From Geopsychrobacteraceae bacterium (GTDB lineage Bacteria > Desulfobacterota > Desulfuromonadia > Desulfuromonadales > Geopsychrobacteraceae): a stretch of DNA of 64,000 bases. The DNA is taken from NCBI GenBank assembly GCA_963662315.1, contig OY759353.1:4000001-4064000 (forward strand), in the 5' to 3' direction. Shown piece after piece: positions 51,927 through 61,833 of this stretch. The first letter of the stretch is position 1, and each line of letters begins with the position of its first letter. The position numbers and the translations under genes are program-made. The notes beneath the pieces were generated by a model that had not been told where the DNA came from, searched no databases, and was given only the letters and a program-made list of their open reading frames with translations.

Positions 51927-52969
51927 TGGCCCGTGAAGCCTGGCAGGAGAGCCTTGCCAACAGTATTGTCAGCGTAACTCAGTTAGCGGAACGTTTTGAG
52001 GTCGATGTGACCGCTCTGGAGGCTGTTACGGCGCGCTATCCTTTCCGGATTACGCCCTACTACTACAGTCTGATTCGTGAGGTCGGCGACCCGATCTGGC
52101 GCCAGTGTGTTCCTGATCCGGCCGAACTGAATGATGCCGGGCTGATTGATCCGTTGGCCGAAGAGGATCTGGCTCCCGTTCCGTCTGTGGTGCATCGGTA
52201 TCCGGACCGGGCTATATTCCTGGTCTCGGGTAGTTGCGCAGGCTACTGTCGTTTTTGTACCCGCAAACGGAAAGTCGGTTGTTCCAGTATGTCCCTCAGT
52301 TTTCGCGAATTGCGGGACGGGATAGATTATATCGCCAGGACACCTGCTATTCGCGATGTTATTTTCTCCGGCGGCGATCCGTTGATTTTGCCTGACTCGG
52401 TGCTGGAAGATCTGCTGGCCAGAATCTATGCGATTCCGCATGTGGACATAATCCGTATCGGTTCGCGGGTGCCGGTCACGTTACCGGAGCGGATCACCGA
52501 TAAACTGTGTTGCATGCTCAAGAAGTATCATCCCCTGTATCTCAACACCCACTTCAATCATCCTTGGGAATTAACTGACGCTGCTGCCGAAGCCTGCGGG
52601 CGGCTGGCCGACGCCGGTATTGTGCTGGGTAACCAGACCGTTCTGCTGCGTGGGGTGAACGATGATGCCCAGGTGATTGGTGAGCTGTTCCGCGGATTGC
52701 TGAAAATACGGGTTCGCCCGTACTATCTGCATCATATGGATTTGACCAGCGGGACCTCCCACTTTCGCACCCCGGTTACCACCGGGCTTAAGATTGTCCA
52801 GTCGTTACGCGGCCCGGTCTCCGGACTGGCATCGCCTCACTATGTGATCGACCTGCCGGGTGGCAAAGGTAAAGTCCCCCTGGTTCCCGAGTATGTGCAG
52901 AAAAAGGGGAACATGCTAAGTATCACCACCCCAACGGGAGAAGTTGTTGAATATCCAGATATTATCTGA
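51926..52969 (+). CDS. KamA family radical SAM enzyme (lysine 2,3-aminomutase-like)
   Basis: HRYPDR, CAGYCRFCTR, SGGDPL, HFNHP, NQTVLLRGVND, IDLPGGKGK. Confidence 0.92.
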   Translation: MAREAWQESLANSIVSVTQLAERFEVDVTALEAVTARYPFRITPYYYSLIREVGDPIWRQCVPDPAELNDAGLIDPLAEEDLAPVPSVVHRYPDRAIFLVSGSCAGYCRFCTRKRKVGCSSMSLSFRELRDGIDYIARTPAIRDVIFSGGDPLILPDSVLEDLLARIYAIPHVDIIRIGSRVPVTLPERITDKLCCMLKKYHPLYLNTHFNHPWELTDAAAEACGRLADAGIVLGNQTVLLRGVNDDAQVIGELFRGLLKIRVRPYYLHHMDLTSGTSHFRTPVTTGLKIVQSLRGPVSGLASPHYVIDLPGGKGKVPLVPEYVQKKGNMLSITTPTGEVVEYPDII

Positions 52970-53005
52970 TGGTGTACATAACTGATTGTTACTTTATCAA
53001 GGTTG

Positions 53006-53045
53006 AATCCTCTTTCATTTTGTAGATAATGAAAGGGGATTTTTT
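53006..53045 (+). terminator. Intrinsic terminator after the KamA-family gene
   Basis: AATCCTCTTTCATT-loop-AATGAAAGGGGATT then TTT. Confidence 0.75.
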
Positions 53046-53160
53046 ATTGAGTGAGGATTCATTTATGAGTTATTTGAAATTAAAAAGATTTGATGTTTGG
53101 GGTTGGATCTGGTAGTTTGGAGCGGACCTTTTTTACTGGGGGGGGGGCTTGTGTGGACAC

Positions 53161-54225
53161 ATGGATATTGTAATTGTCGATGATCAAAAAACGAATCTGT
53201 TGCTTGTTGAATCTTTGATAAAGGGGCAGGGTTTCACGGATACGCAAAGCTTTATGTCTCCGCTGAAGGCCCTTGAGTATTGTCAGAACAATTCTCCCGA
53301 TCTGGTTATTCTCGATTACATGATGCCGGATATGGATGGTCTTGATTTTCTTGATGCCTTAAGACGGCTGCCTCATTGTGATGATGTACCGGTGGTCATG
53401 GTGACGGCTAATCATGAACGGCAGCTGTGCTATCGGGCGTTAAAAGCCGGGGTCAACGATTTTCTGACCAAGCCGATCGATCGTTTTGAGTTTGAAGCGC
53501 GCTTTAGCAACATGATTATGCTGCGTAAGCATCAGCAGGACCTGAAATCAAGGGCTCTGTTGCTGGAAAGCGAAATTGAAAAGGCAACACAGAAAATCTG
53601 CGAGCGTGAGCAGGAAACCATCATGCGTCTGGCCAACGCGGCGGAGCACAGAGATCCGGAAACCGGTGCTCATAACATGCGTATGGCGCACTACTCGAAA
53701 CTGATTGCTGAACAGTTGCAACTGAGCAAGGAAGAGCAGCAGACCATATTTATGGCGGCACCCATGCATGACGTTGGGAAAGTCGGAATTTCCGATACCA
53801 TCCTGCTTAAACCGGGGCGGTTGACTTCGGAAGAATTCAATAAAATTAAAACGCATACGGAAATTGGCTATCGCATTTTGGCAGACAGCCCGTCTGAACT
53901 TTTGCAGTGTGCGGCACTGATTGCCTGGAGTCATCATGAAAAATTCGATGGCAGTGGTTACCCGCGTGGTTTAGCCGGAGAAGCTATCCCTCTGGTTGGA
54001 CGCATCTGTGCCGTGGCCGATGTTTTTGACGCATTGACGACTGAGCGGCCCTACAAGAGCGCCTGGAGTGTCGATGAAGCGTTCGCGTCGTTAAAAGAGG
54101 GGTGCGGTACTCATTTCGATCCGCAATGTGTTGATGCTTTTTTTAAATCCCGCAGAGAAGTCCTGTTGATCCGAAAAATCTACCAGGATGATCCGGGTGA
54201 GCAGAAAATAGCGCTTTCGTGCTGA
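53161..54225 (+). CDS. Response regulator with HD-GYP phosphodiesterase domain (RpfG-like)
   Basis: REC, EHRDPETGAH..RM, HDVGK, HHEKFDGSGYP, VADVFDAL..RPYK. Confidence 0.95.
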   Translation: MDIVIVDDQKTNLLLVESLIKGQGFTDTQSFMSPLKALEYCQNNSPDLVILDYMMPDMDGLDFLDALRRLPHCDDVPVVMVTANHERQLCYRALKAGVNDFLTKPIDRFEFEARFSNMIMLRKHQQDLKSRALLLESEIEKATQKICEREQETIMRLANAAEHRDPETGAHNMRMAHYSKLIAEQLQLSKEEQQTIFMAAPMHDVGKVGISDTILLKPGRLTSEEFNKIKTHTEIGYRILADSPSELLQCAALIAWSHHEKFDGSGYPRGLAGEAIPLVGRICAVADVFDALTTERPYKSAWSVDEAFASLKEGCGTHFDPQCVDAFFKSRREVLLIRKIYQDDPGEQKIALSC

Positions 54226-54244
54226 TGATAAAGGCTGTCTGATT

Positions 54245-55468
54245 ATGATTGTGTTTGTTGATAATCTGACTGAGGGAATGGTGCTGCAGGAAGACCTGCT
54301 GACTCGCCAGGGGCGGTTGATTATAGGTAAAGGGGTGTCGCTGCAGGCACAGCATCTCAAGGTTCTGAAGTCGTGGGGGGTCAGTGAGGCCGACATCGTT
54401 GATAACAGTTTTCAGCACAAAGAACCTGCTGGTGGTACCCTGCAGCAGGAACACCTCGAAACGGCCAGAAGCTTCATCACTCAACATCTAGGCTGTTTCG
54501 ATTTAAGACATCCCATGCTGTCTGAGCTGGTACGCCTCGCCTCTCAGCGGTATGCTGAACGTCTGGCTAGCGGAACGGCTTTTCCGTCTCTGGCTGCCGA
54601 TAACAAACCACTGCTGCCCGCTGTTGTAGAAAGGCAGCATCCTACGATGCTGGTACGTGGCCTTTCCGATTTGGTCTCCTTGCCTTCGGTTTATTTTCAT
54701 ATCGTTGAAGTTATTCATTCCCCACAGGCCTCATCGGCTATGGTCGCCAATATCGTCAGTAAAGATTCGAATTTATCCCTCAAACTGCTGCGCCTGGTCA
54801 ATAGTGCTTTTTATGGTTTTCCCGGTCAAATTGACTCAATCACCAGGGCGATAACCCTGCTGGGCACCAATGAGCTGATCACCTTGGCTCTGGGGATTTC
54901 TGTTGTCCAGACATTCAAGCATGTTCCTGTGGATCTGATCGATATGGAAGCCTTCTGGAAGCATGCGATCCGCTGTGGCCTGTTTGCCCAGGTGCTGTGC
55001 AGTTACAAGGTTGGTGTTTCTGAGGAAACCATGTTTGTCGGTGGTTTGCTGCACGATATTGGTCGCTTGGTCATGTTGCGGAAAATCCCAGAGCAGTACA
55101 GTCGCGTCATGAATTATGCACGGCAGCAGCGCTTGCCGCTGGAGCAGGCTGAGCAACAGCTGCTGGAATGTACTCACAGTGATGTCGGTATGAGATTGGG
55201 CGATGACTGGAATATTGCTCCTAACCTGATCCAGATGATTGGCGACCATCATCAGCCGGCTCGTGAACGTTACCACACGGAAGCGTCCTTGTTGCATATC
55301 TCCAATCTGCTTGCACATGTGTTCGGTGATGACGCCCCGGGGGCTGAGGCGTGGCCGGCTTTTGATAGCAAAGCCTGGGACTCTCAGGGGATTTCGCCAG
55401 GGGTGCTGGCCGCAGCGGTGATTCAGGTGGATCGTATGTTTCGTGATGTTGTCAATATTTTTCTGTGA
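54245..55468 (+). CDS. HDOD domain protein
   Basis: [39 protein letters not shown]. Confidence 0.92.
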   Translation: MIVFVDNLTEGMVLQEDLLTRQGRLIIGKGVSLQAQHLKVLKSWGVSEADIVDNSFQHKEPAGGTLQQEHLETARSFITQHLGCFDLRHPMLSELVRLASQRYAERLASGTAFPSLAADNKPLLPAVVERQHPTMLVRGLSDLVSLPSVYFHIVEVIHSPQASSAMVANIVSKDSNLSLKLLRLVNSAFYGFPGQIDSITRAITLLGTNELITLALGISVVQTFKHVPVDLIDMEAFWKHAIRCGLFAQVLCSYKVGVSEETMFVGGLLHDIGRLVMLRKIPEQYSRVMNYARQQRLPLEQAEQQLLECTHSDVGMRLGDDWNIAPNLIQMIGDHHQPARERYHTEASLLHISNLLAHVFGDDAPGAEAWPAFDSKAWDSQGISPGVLAAAVIQVDRMFRDVVNIFL

Positions 55469-57681
55469 GAGAGAGTCCGATGAATAAACTTTCCCGGCAC
55501 CATATTGAGACGTGTGGCTGGTGTGGAAATAAGGGGGCTTCTGCATTGTCGTGTCGGGCAGCAAATGAACTGCTCAGCTGTGTTGCCAACATGATGGCTT
55601 TTGATTCTATCTCGTTACGGGCGACCGACAAACAGCAGATCCTGGAAGAGACAGCTCTTAAAATTCAGAATATTCTCGACTTCCAAAATATCTGTTTTTA
55701 TCTGGTCGATGAAAAAACGGCCTCATTTTATCCCGCCTACAGTTATCCGGAAGCCCTGAACTCCAGGTTGGAAAACTGGGTGGATGGTCTGATTGATGAT
55801 CAAACTTTCGCCTGGGCTTTGAACCGTAACAAGGCCGTCAGAGTTGAAGCAACAGCTGAGCACCCGGTACTGATTCTTCACTCTGTGACGACGGTTTCGC
55901 GTATCCGTGGCATGTTTATCGGAGAACCGAAAATCGATGGTGGCGAAGATGCGCGACTGACATTTCTGACCCTGTTGTTACACTCCTGTGCCAATTATAT
56001 TGAAAGCCTCGAACTTTATACCATGTTGCGCAAGGTTAACCGGGAACTGGAGGATAAGATTGCCAAGCTTAAGGAGCATGAACATGAGCTGCTGAAACAT
56101 CGCAGCCAGCTGGAAGAACTGGTCCTTGATAGAACCAGGGAAGTGGCTATTGCACGCGAGCAGGCTGAGCATTCGGCACGAGCCAAGGGGCAATTCCTGG
56201 CCAATATGAGTCATGAGATCAGAACCCCGATGAATGCTATGGTCGGTATGACCGAGTTGCTGCTGGAGACCAATCTTGATACTCAACAGTATGAGTATGC
56301 TGCTGCAGTGAAGGAGAGTTCCAGGAATTTGCTGTTTATTATTAACGATATTCTCGATTTTTCCAAAATTGAAGCTGGTGAACTGCGGGTCGAGAAGATT
56401 TCCTTTAATCTTTATACTACGCTTGAAAATGTCATCAGTATTCTGCGGCCTCAGGCGCTTGAAAAGAAATTGTCCCTGGCTGTTACCATTGCCGATACTG
56501 TTCCGCTCCAGCTGATGGGTGATCCGCTGCGCCTTAAACAGGTTGTCACCAATCTGCTGAGTAATGCCATTAAATTTACGCCACGCGGCTCAGTCTCTAT
56601 CACGGTTGACGTTGTGGAATCTCAAAATAGTGCTTCGCGGGTCAAGTTCAGTGTCCTTGATAGCGGTATCGGTATTGCTGAAGACGCCTTGCCGTATCTG
56701 TTTCGTCCATTTTCACAGGTTGATACCAGCACGTCCCGCCGTTATGGCGGAACCGGTTTGGGACTGGCTATTTCAAAACAGCTGGTTGACCTCATGGGAG
56801 GAGACATAGGTGTGGCTAGTAGCGTCGGTGAGGGCTCCTGCTTTTGGTTTACTCTGCCCCTCGAGGAGGCCGTTATCTGTTGTATGCCGGAGGAGACTCC
56901 GGTCAGCCAGCAGGTCGACTTCAGCCAGTCTTCATTTGGCCAAGAAACACATATTCTGGTCGTTGAAGATGTTCAAATGAATCAGCTAGTAGCTCGTAAA
57001 ATACTCGAAAAAAAGGGGTATCAGGTGACAGTTGCCGATGATGGCTACGAGGCCCTGGAGCTGTTGAAAAATGGACATTTTGACCTGGTTCTGATGGATT
57101 GTCAGATGCCGAACATGGATGGCTTTGCGACAACCCGCCATATTCGTAACGATCTGCAACTCGTTGATCTGCCCATTATCGCGATGACGGCAAATGCTAT
57201 GGCGGGGGACCGTGAACACTGTTTGAATAGCGGTATGAATGACTATCTCTCCAAGCCGATCGTCCCGTATGCCCTGTTTCACTGTCTTGAACAGTGGTTG
57301 CCCGTTGTCTCCCAACAGGCAAACAGGGTTGTCGTTTTTGATCCGAGTTTTCTCGATGGACTGATTGGAGAAGACAGCGACCTGAAGGGAGTCGTTCTTG
57401 ACGCCTTCGTCGATGACCTTGACAATTTACTCAACAGGGTTATTAACAGTCTCCGCTCAGCACAGTATGATGCTGCAAGCGTTGCGCTGCATGCCTTGAA
57501 GGGGTTGTGTGGCAATGTCGGAGCTAATCTGTTTCAGGAGTATGTGCGAGGCCTCGAAAAGCAACTCTCGAATCAGAATCTGCTTAGCGGGAGCATGGGC
57601 ACCGTCATAGCTGAGCTTAAAAAACAACAGCGTCTGATTGTTGCTGAATTACAGTCATATAAAGCAAGCCTAGGCCTGTGA
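55465..57681 (+). CDS. Hybrid sensor kinase (GAF-like, HisKA, HATPase, REC, Hpt)
   Basis: [43 protein letters not shown]; alternative ATG 55480. Confidence 0.93.
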   Translation: MRESPMNKLSRHHIETCGWCGNKGASALSCRAANELLSCVANMMAFDSISLRATDKQQILEETALKIQNILDFQNICFYLVDEKTASFYPAYSYPEALNSRLENWVDGLIDDQTFAWALNRNKAVRVEATAEHPVLILHSVTTVSRIRGMFIGEPKIDGGEDARLTFLTLLLHSCANYIESLELYTMLRKVNRELEDKIAKLKEHEHELLKHRSQLEELVLDRTREVAIAREQAEHSARAKGQFLANMSHEIRTPMNAMVGMTELLLETNLDTQQYEYAAAVKESSRNLLFIINDILDFSKIEAGELRVEKISFNLYTTLENVISILRPQALEKKLSLAVTIADTVPLQLMGDPLRLKQVVTNLLSNAIKFTPRGSVSITVDVVESQNSASRVKFSVLDSGIGIAEDALPYLFRPFSQVDTSTSRRYGGTGLGLAISKQLVDLMGGDIGVASSVGEGSCFWFTLPLEEAVICCMPEETPVSQQVDFSQSSFGQETHILVVEDVQMNQLVARKILEKKGYQVTVADDGYEALELLKNGHFDLVLMDCQMPNMDGFATTRHIRNDLQLVDLPIIAMTANAMAGDREHCLNSGMNDYLSKPIVPYALFHCLEQWLPVVSQQANRVVVFDPSFLDGLIGEDSDLKGVVLDAFVDDLDNLLNRVINSLRSAQYDAASVALHALKGLCGNVGANLFQEYVRGLEKQLSNQNLLSGSMGTVIAELKKQQRLIVAELQSYKASLGL

Positions 57682-58857
57682 CTTCTGGTCAGAGGTGACG
57701 GTTTGCAGATGGTGCATCCAGCACAAAAGAATTATTTTTGTCTCAACGCGGATTTTACGGACCTCCATAACGAGTTCCTTGCCGGTCAGCCTCGGCATTA
57801 TCTGATCGGTGATGAGCAGGTCATATTTTTCCGGAGTAGCGCTGAACTGTTGCAGCGCAACATGCGGATCCTGCAGCGCCTGGACCCTGTAACCGATGCT
57901 TTCAAGCATCTCCTGAGTGGCATTGACCAGCATTTCTTCGTCATCGACAAGGAGTATGCTTTCGTTACCATGGGGGATCTGATCCGTGCTCTGTTGCTCT
58001 TCTGTCACAGGTTCTTCATGGGTAACTGGGAAATTCAGGGTAAAGACCGTGCCCCGGTTAACTTCACTGTCCAGAGTAATAAAGCCACCATAAAGTCTGA
58101 CAATCCCCTGCACCGTTGACAGCCCGAGGCCAGTCCCTTGGCCAATAGTTTTGGTGGTAAAGAACGGATCGAAAATTTTACCTACCTTTGCCTGGGCGAT
58201 TCCACAACTATCATCCTTGATTGAAATCTGGATGTAATCTCCTGGCCCACATTCGTATTGCGCCGGGATTTCATGCTTTCCAATATATTGGCAGTTAAGG
58301 TCGATTACCAGATGACCACTCTCATTCATGGCATGGATGGCATTGTTGCAGAGATTATGCAGTGCTACTTGAATGCGACCGCGATCCGCTTTAATGCGTG
58401 GGCAGGTTTCGCTGCTGATGCGGCTGTAAGTCATTATTTGGGCAATCAGGTCTCTGGAACACAGGGCTGCTGTTTTGGCATTTGATAAGTATTTCTTGAA
58501 GGACGGTTGTGCCGTTGCCAGAAACTTTCTTTCCAGCAGCTCGACGTGCCCAAGAATAATTGCAAGATTGTTGTTAAAGTTGTGAGCTATGCCTCCGGCC
58601 ATCTCTCCAACGGCTTCCATTTTGTATTTTTGTTGTAGCTGTTTTTCCAGTGCGCGTTTTTCTGCCTCAATGATCTTTCTGGTGTTGATGTCCCTGATGG
58701 CAGCGCCGTTTCCATCATGAATCAGGATCCCTTCAAATGTTGCGTTTGACAGAATCCTGAAGCGCTCCTCGCTTTCGCGGATACTCGCTTCAAGATGTTT
58801 GCGTTCCGTCAGGTCGTGAACAACAGTGATCGTTGATATCTGTATACCGTGTTCCAT
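57670..58857 (-). pseudogene. Degraded PAS-HisKA-HATPase-REC hybrid kinase
   Basis: Open frame, but starts in a PAC tail, PAS core missing (EGILIHDGN/GAAIRD), HisKA-HATPase linker shortened, G1 box DDSCG, REC truncated after IILLC. Confidence 0.65.
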
Positions 58858-58995
58858 AATTGCGTTTTCTGTGCTCTGCTAGAACTTAGATTATATACTA
58901 ATATATGATGTGGGAATTAATATTGGTCGATTGAGATTAATTGGCCTGGCTGCTTAGGCCATGAAACCTATAAGTGCCGGCTCAGGGGATTTCTT

Positions 58996-60039
58996 ATGCC
59001 AGATAAAAAACTACGCTTCGGTATTATCGGACCAGGGACCATCGCACATGTGCACTACCGGGCCATAATGCAGTCCGATAGCGCAGAGGTTGTTGCTGTC
59101 TACGGACGCAATGCCGAACGGACGCAGGCTTTTGCTGATCAATATGCCATCACGGCCTTCCATGATCTTGCCAGCTTCATGGCCAGTGACACCATTGATG
59201 CCGTAACTATTGCTACGGCATCTGGCACCCATTTGGAGATCGGTTTGCAGGCTGCTGTGCACGGTAAGCACGTGCTGTGCGAAAAACCGTTGGATATTAC
59301 CAGCCAGCGCAGCGAAGATTTAATTGTCGCCTGCGCTAGGCAACGGGTTCAATTAGGGGTGCTGTTTCAGGCCCGCTTTGCAAAAAGTGTGCGTCTGGCC
59401 AAAGCGGCCATTGACCGTGGCCGCCTGGGGAAAATTCTGTTTGCCAGCTGTCAGATGCGTTGGTATCGAAGCCAGGAGTATTACGATTCTGCCGCGTGGC
59501 GTGGAACCTGGGCTCTTGATGGCGGTGGCTGCTTGATGAATCAGGGCATCCACAGCGTTGACCTGCTTCTACATCTCGCCGGAGATCCTGCCAGTGTTAC
59601 GGCAGTGCAGGGACCGCGTACGCACGAACGGATAGAGGTGGAAGACAATCTCGCGGCACTGTTGACGTTTCAGAATGGAGCGATCGGGACCATCGAGGCG
59701 TCAACCTCTTGTGCTCCCGGGTTTCCCCGACGGCTGGAAATTTCGGGTGAGCGAGGGACGATCGGAATCGAAGGGGACAGTATCGTGCGCTGGGAATTTG
59801 TGGATCAACAGCCTCAAGATGAACAGATCCGGTCTCAGGTTGCGATTGGGCTTGGAGGGGCGGCTGATCCGACGGCTATAGGAGACCATGGCCATTGTTT
59901 GGCCGTTGCAGATTTTATTCAAAGTATTCAGCAGGGTCGGCGCCCTTTGATTGATGGTCTGGAAGGTAAACGATCGGTGGATTTTATTTGCGCTGTTTAC
60001 GAGTCGTTAAAAACCGGCACGACTGTTCGCTGCGACTGA
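58996..60039 (+). CDS. Gfo/Idh/MocA family oxidoreductase
   Basis: GIIGPG.IA, GKHVLCEKP, WRG...DGGG.LMNQGIH..D. Confidence 0.92.
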   Translation: MPDKKLRFGIIGPGTIAHVHYRAIMQSDSAEVVAVYGRNAERTQAFADQYAITAFHDLASFMASDTIDAVTIATASGTHLEIGLQAAVHGKHVLCEKPLDITSQRSEDLIVACARQRVQLGVLFQARFAKSVRLAKAAIDRGRLGKILFASCQMRWYRSQEYYDSAAWRGTWALDGGGCLMNQGIHSVDLLLHLAGDPASVTAVQGPRTHERIEVEDNLAALLTFQNGAIGTIEASTSCAPGFPRRLEISGERGTIGIEGDSIVRWEFVDQQPQDEQIRSQVAIGLGGAADPTAIGDHGHCLAVADFIQSIQQGRRPLIDGLEGKRSVDFICAVYESLKTGTTVRCD

Positions 60040-60209
60040 TGGCTATTCCCATTTGTGCCAGTACTCCGAGGGAGTAACCGATACCTGTTAATTGTGAACA
60101 AAGTTAGTTGCGAATGATCGTTCTTCCTTTATTCTTATATATGGCCAAGTACTTTACTTGATGGTGTTAAAGAGTTCTTTGGCAAGTGAGAGGAGAAGTG
60201 GGGGCCGGA

Positions 60210-61508
60210 ATGTTACCAGACGAGATTAGTCATAGAATCCGTGATCTGGCTCTATTCCCTGAAGAAAATCCCTTTCCGGTTATGCGGGTCAACAACAAGG
60301 GGATTTTGCTTTATGCCAATTGGCCTGCTCTGGCTCTGTTAAGCCCCTGGAATTGCCTTGTCGGCCAACCCGTCCCCTGCTTTATGGTGAAGAAAGTAAA
60401 GACCGCTCTGGCAGAAAATACCCATCAGTTTTTGAACCTCAACAATGTTGATCACTACTTTACCATGACCCTGGTGCCGGTTAGCGCACGGTCTTATGTC
60501 AATTTTTACGGTCAGGATATTACTGAAGCACGAAAAATAACGGAAAAATTGCGTCATAGTGAGGTGCGTTTTCGTCAGATAGCCGATTGCATGCCGCAAT
60601 TGGTCTGGACTGCTGATGCGTCGGGGGTGGTTGATTATTACAATGAGCGGCGTATTGAATTTGAGGGGTTCACCCAACGGGAGGATGGCAGTTGGGAGTG
60701 GGCCCCCGTAGTTCACCCTGATGAACAGGCAGAAACGATTGCCGCCTGGGAAATGGCCTCTCAAACCGGGACCCCCTATGAAATTGAACACCGGGTAAAG
60801 CGGGCTAATGGTCATTTCTCATGGTTTTTAAGCCGCGCCTTCCCGATTCACAATGAGTTGGGTGAAATTGTAAAATGGTTTGGCACCGCGACGGATATTG
60901 ATGACATCAAGCGAGCTGAGCTTGAACTTGAAACAGCGAAGCAGCTCGCTGAAGAGGCTAATCAAAAACTGACAAAGTTGGCCTGTACCGATGTCCTTAC
61001 CGATACCCTGAACCGTAGGGCCTTTATGGAAAGAGCCCAGATAACTTTTCAGTTTGTTAAACGCTATCAACACCCCCTGTCATTGCTGATTATCGATATT
61101 GACCATTTCAAAAAGATTAATGACACTTATGGCCACCAGGGCGGAGATATTGTTTTGATCGAAATTGGCCGTATTCTGACCAGCAGCCTGCGTGCAACGG
61201 ATGTTCTTGGACGCATCGGTGGTGAGGAATTTGCGGTTATTCTGCCGGAAACCACCCCTTATAATACCGCAGACCTTGCTGCGCGGGTGTTGGAAAAGAT
61301 CAGTTCGGCCAAGATTAAAATTGGGGCTGACATGACTGTCAGTCTCACGGTCAGCATTGGCGTTGCAACGATTCCCCCGTTGCCGTTTGATATCGGATCG
61401 GTTATGAGAGCAGCAGATCAGGCTCTTTACCGGGCCAAATCGGAAGGTCGCAATCGTTACTGTGAAGCTTCGGTCCCTAATGTGGAAAACGATCCTGTTA
61501 AATTGTAG
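60210..61508 (+). CDS. PAS-PAS-GGDEF diguanylate cyclase
   Basis: PEENPFPV PAS, MPQLVW...VHPDE PAS_3, DIDHFKKINDTYGH..GD, RATD I-site, GGEEF; ATG 60210 (GTG 60186 possible). Confidence 0.93.
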   Translation: MLPDEISHRIRDLALFPEENPFPVMRVNNKGILLYANWPALALLSPWNCLVGQPVPCFMVKKVKTALAENTHQFLNLNNVDHYFTMTLVPVSARSYVNFYGQDITEARKITEKLRHSEVRFRQIADCMPQLVWTADASGVVDYYNERRIEFEGFTQREDGSWEWAPVVHPDEQAETIAAWEMASQTGTPYEIEHRVKRANGHFSWFLSRAFPIHNELGEIVKWFGTATDIDDIKRAELELETAKQLAEEANQKLTKLACTDVLTDTLNRRAFMERAQITFQFVKRYQHPLSLLIIDIDHFKKINDTYGHQGGDIVLIEIGRILTSSLRATDVLGRIGGEEFAVILPETTPYNTADLAARVLEKISSAKIKIGADMTVSLTVSIGVATIPPLPFDIGSVMRAADQALYRAKSEGRNRYCEASVPNVENDPVKL

Positions 61509-61769
61509 ATTATTCTGCAGCTGCGGTTTATCAAAAGGTGCCAAAAGCTGGGCTTTTCACTGGAAGAAATCCAGGAGCTGCTGTCCTCTGCCGACTGGAC
61601 AACCAAGGACGCCGAACCGTTGATTCAAAAGCTCAACACCCTGGAGGGTGACTTGCACCTGCGTCATCTGCAGGCACTCAGCGATGCACGTAAAATCCTG
61701 ACTGCGGACCAGTTGAAGCGGTACAGCAGCACGGAATCATATGCACTTTCCGAAGAGTATTGTCATTAG
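61509..61769 (+). pseudogene. Start-less chimeric remnant: MerR-family fragment fused to an LTxxQ (Spy/CpxP/ZraP-like) fragment
   Basis: Manual translation IILQLRFIKRCQKLGFSLEEIQELL-SSADWTTKDAEPLIQKLNTLEGDLHLRHLQALSDARKILTADQLKRY...EYCH*. Confidence 0.65.
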
Positions 61770-61833
61770 CTTTCATACGGAGATTGAACAGCAGGGAGAG
61801 GCTTCTGTCCCCTCCGTGGTATGGCCCTGGATT

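Noticed and set aside
60210..61508. Possible Hypr-type GGDEF making 3',3'-cGAMP, as known in Geobacter
   Set aside because: The specificity position reads GHQGGD (Asp, canonical) rather than Ser/Thr; GGEEF and the RxxD I-site are standard.
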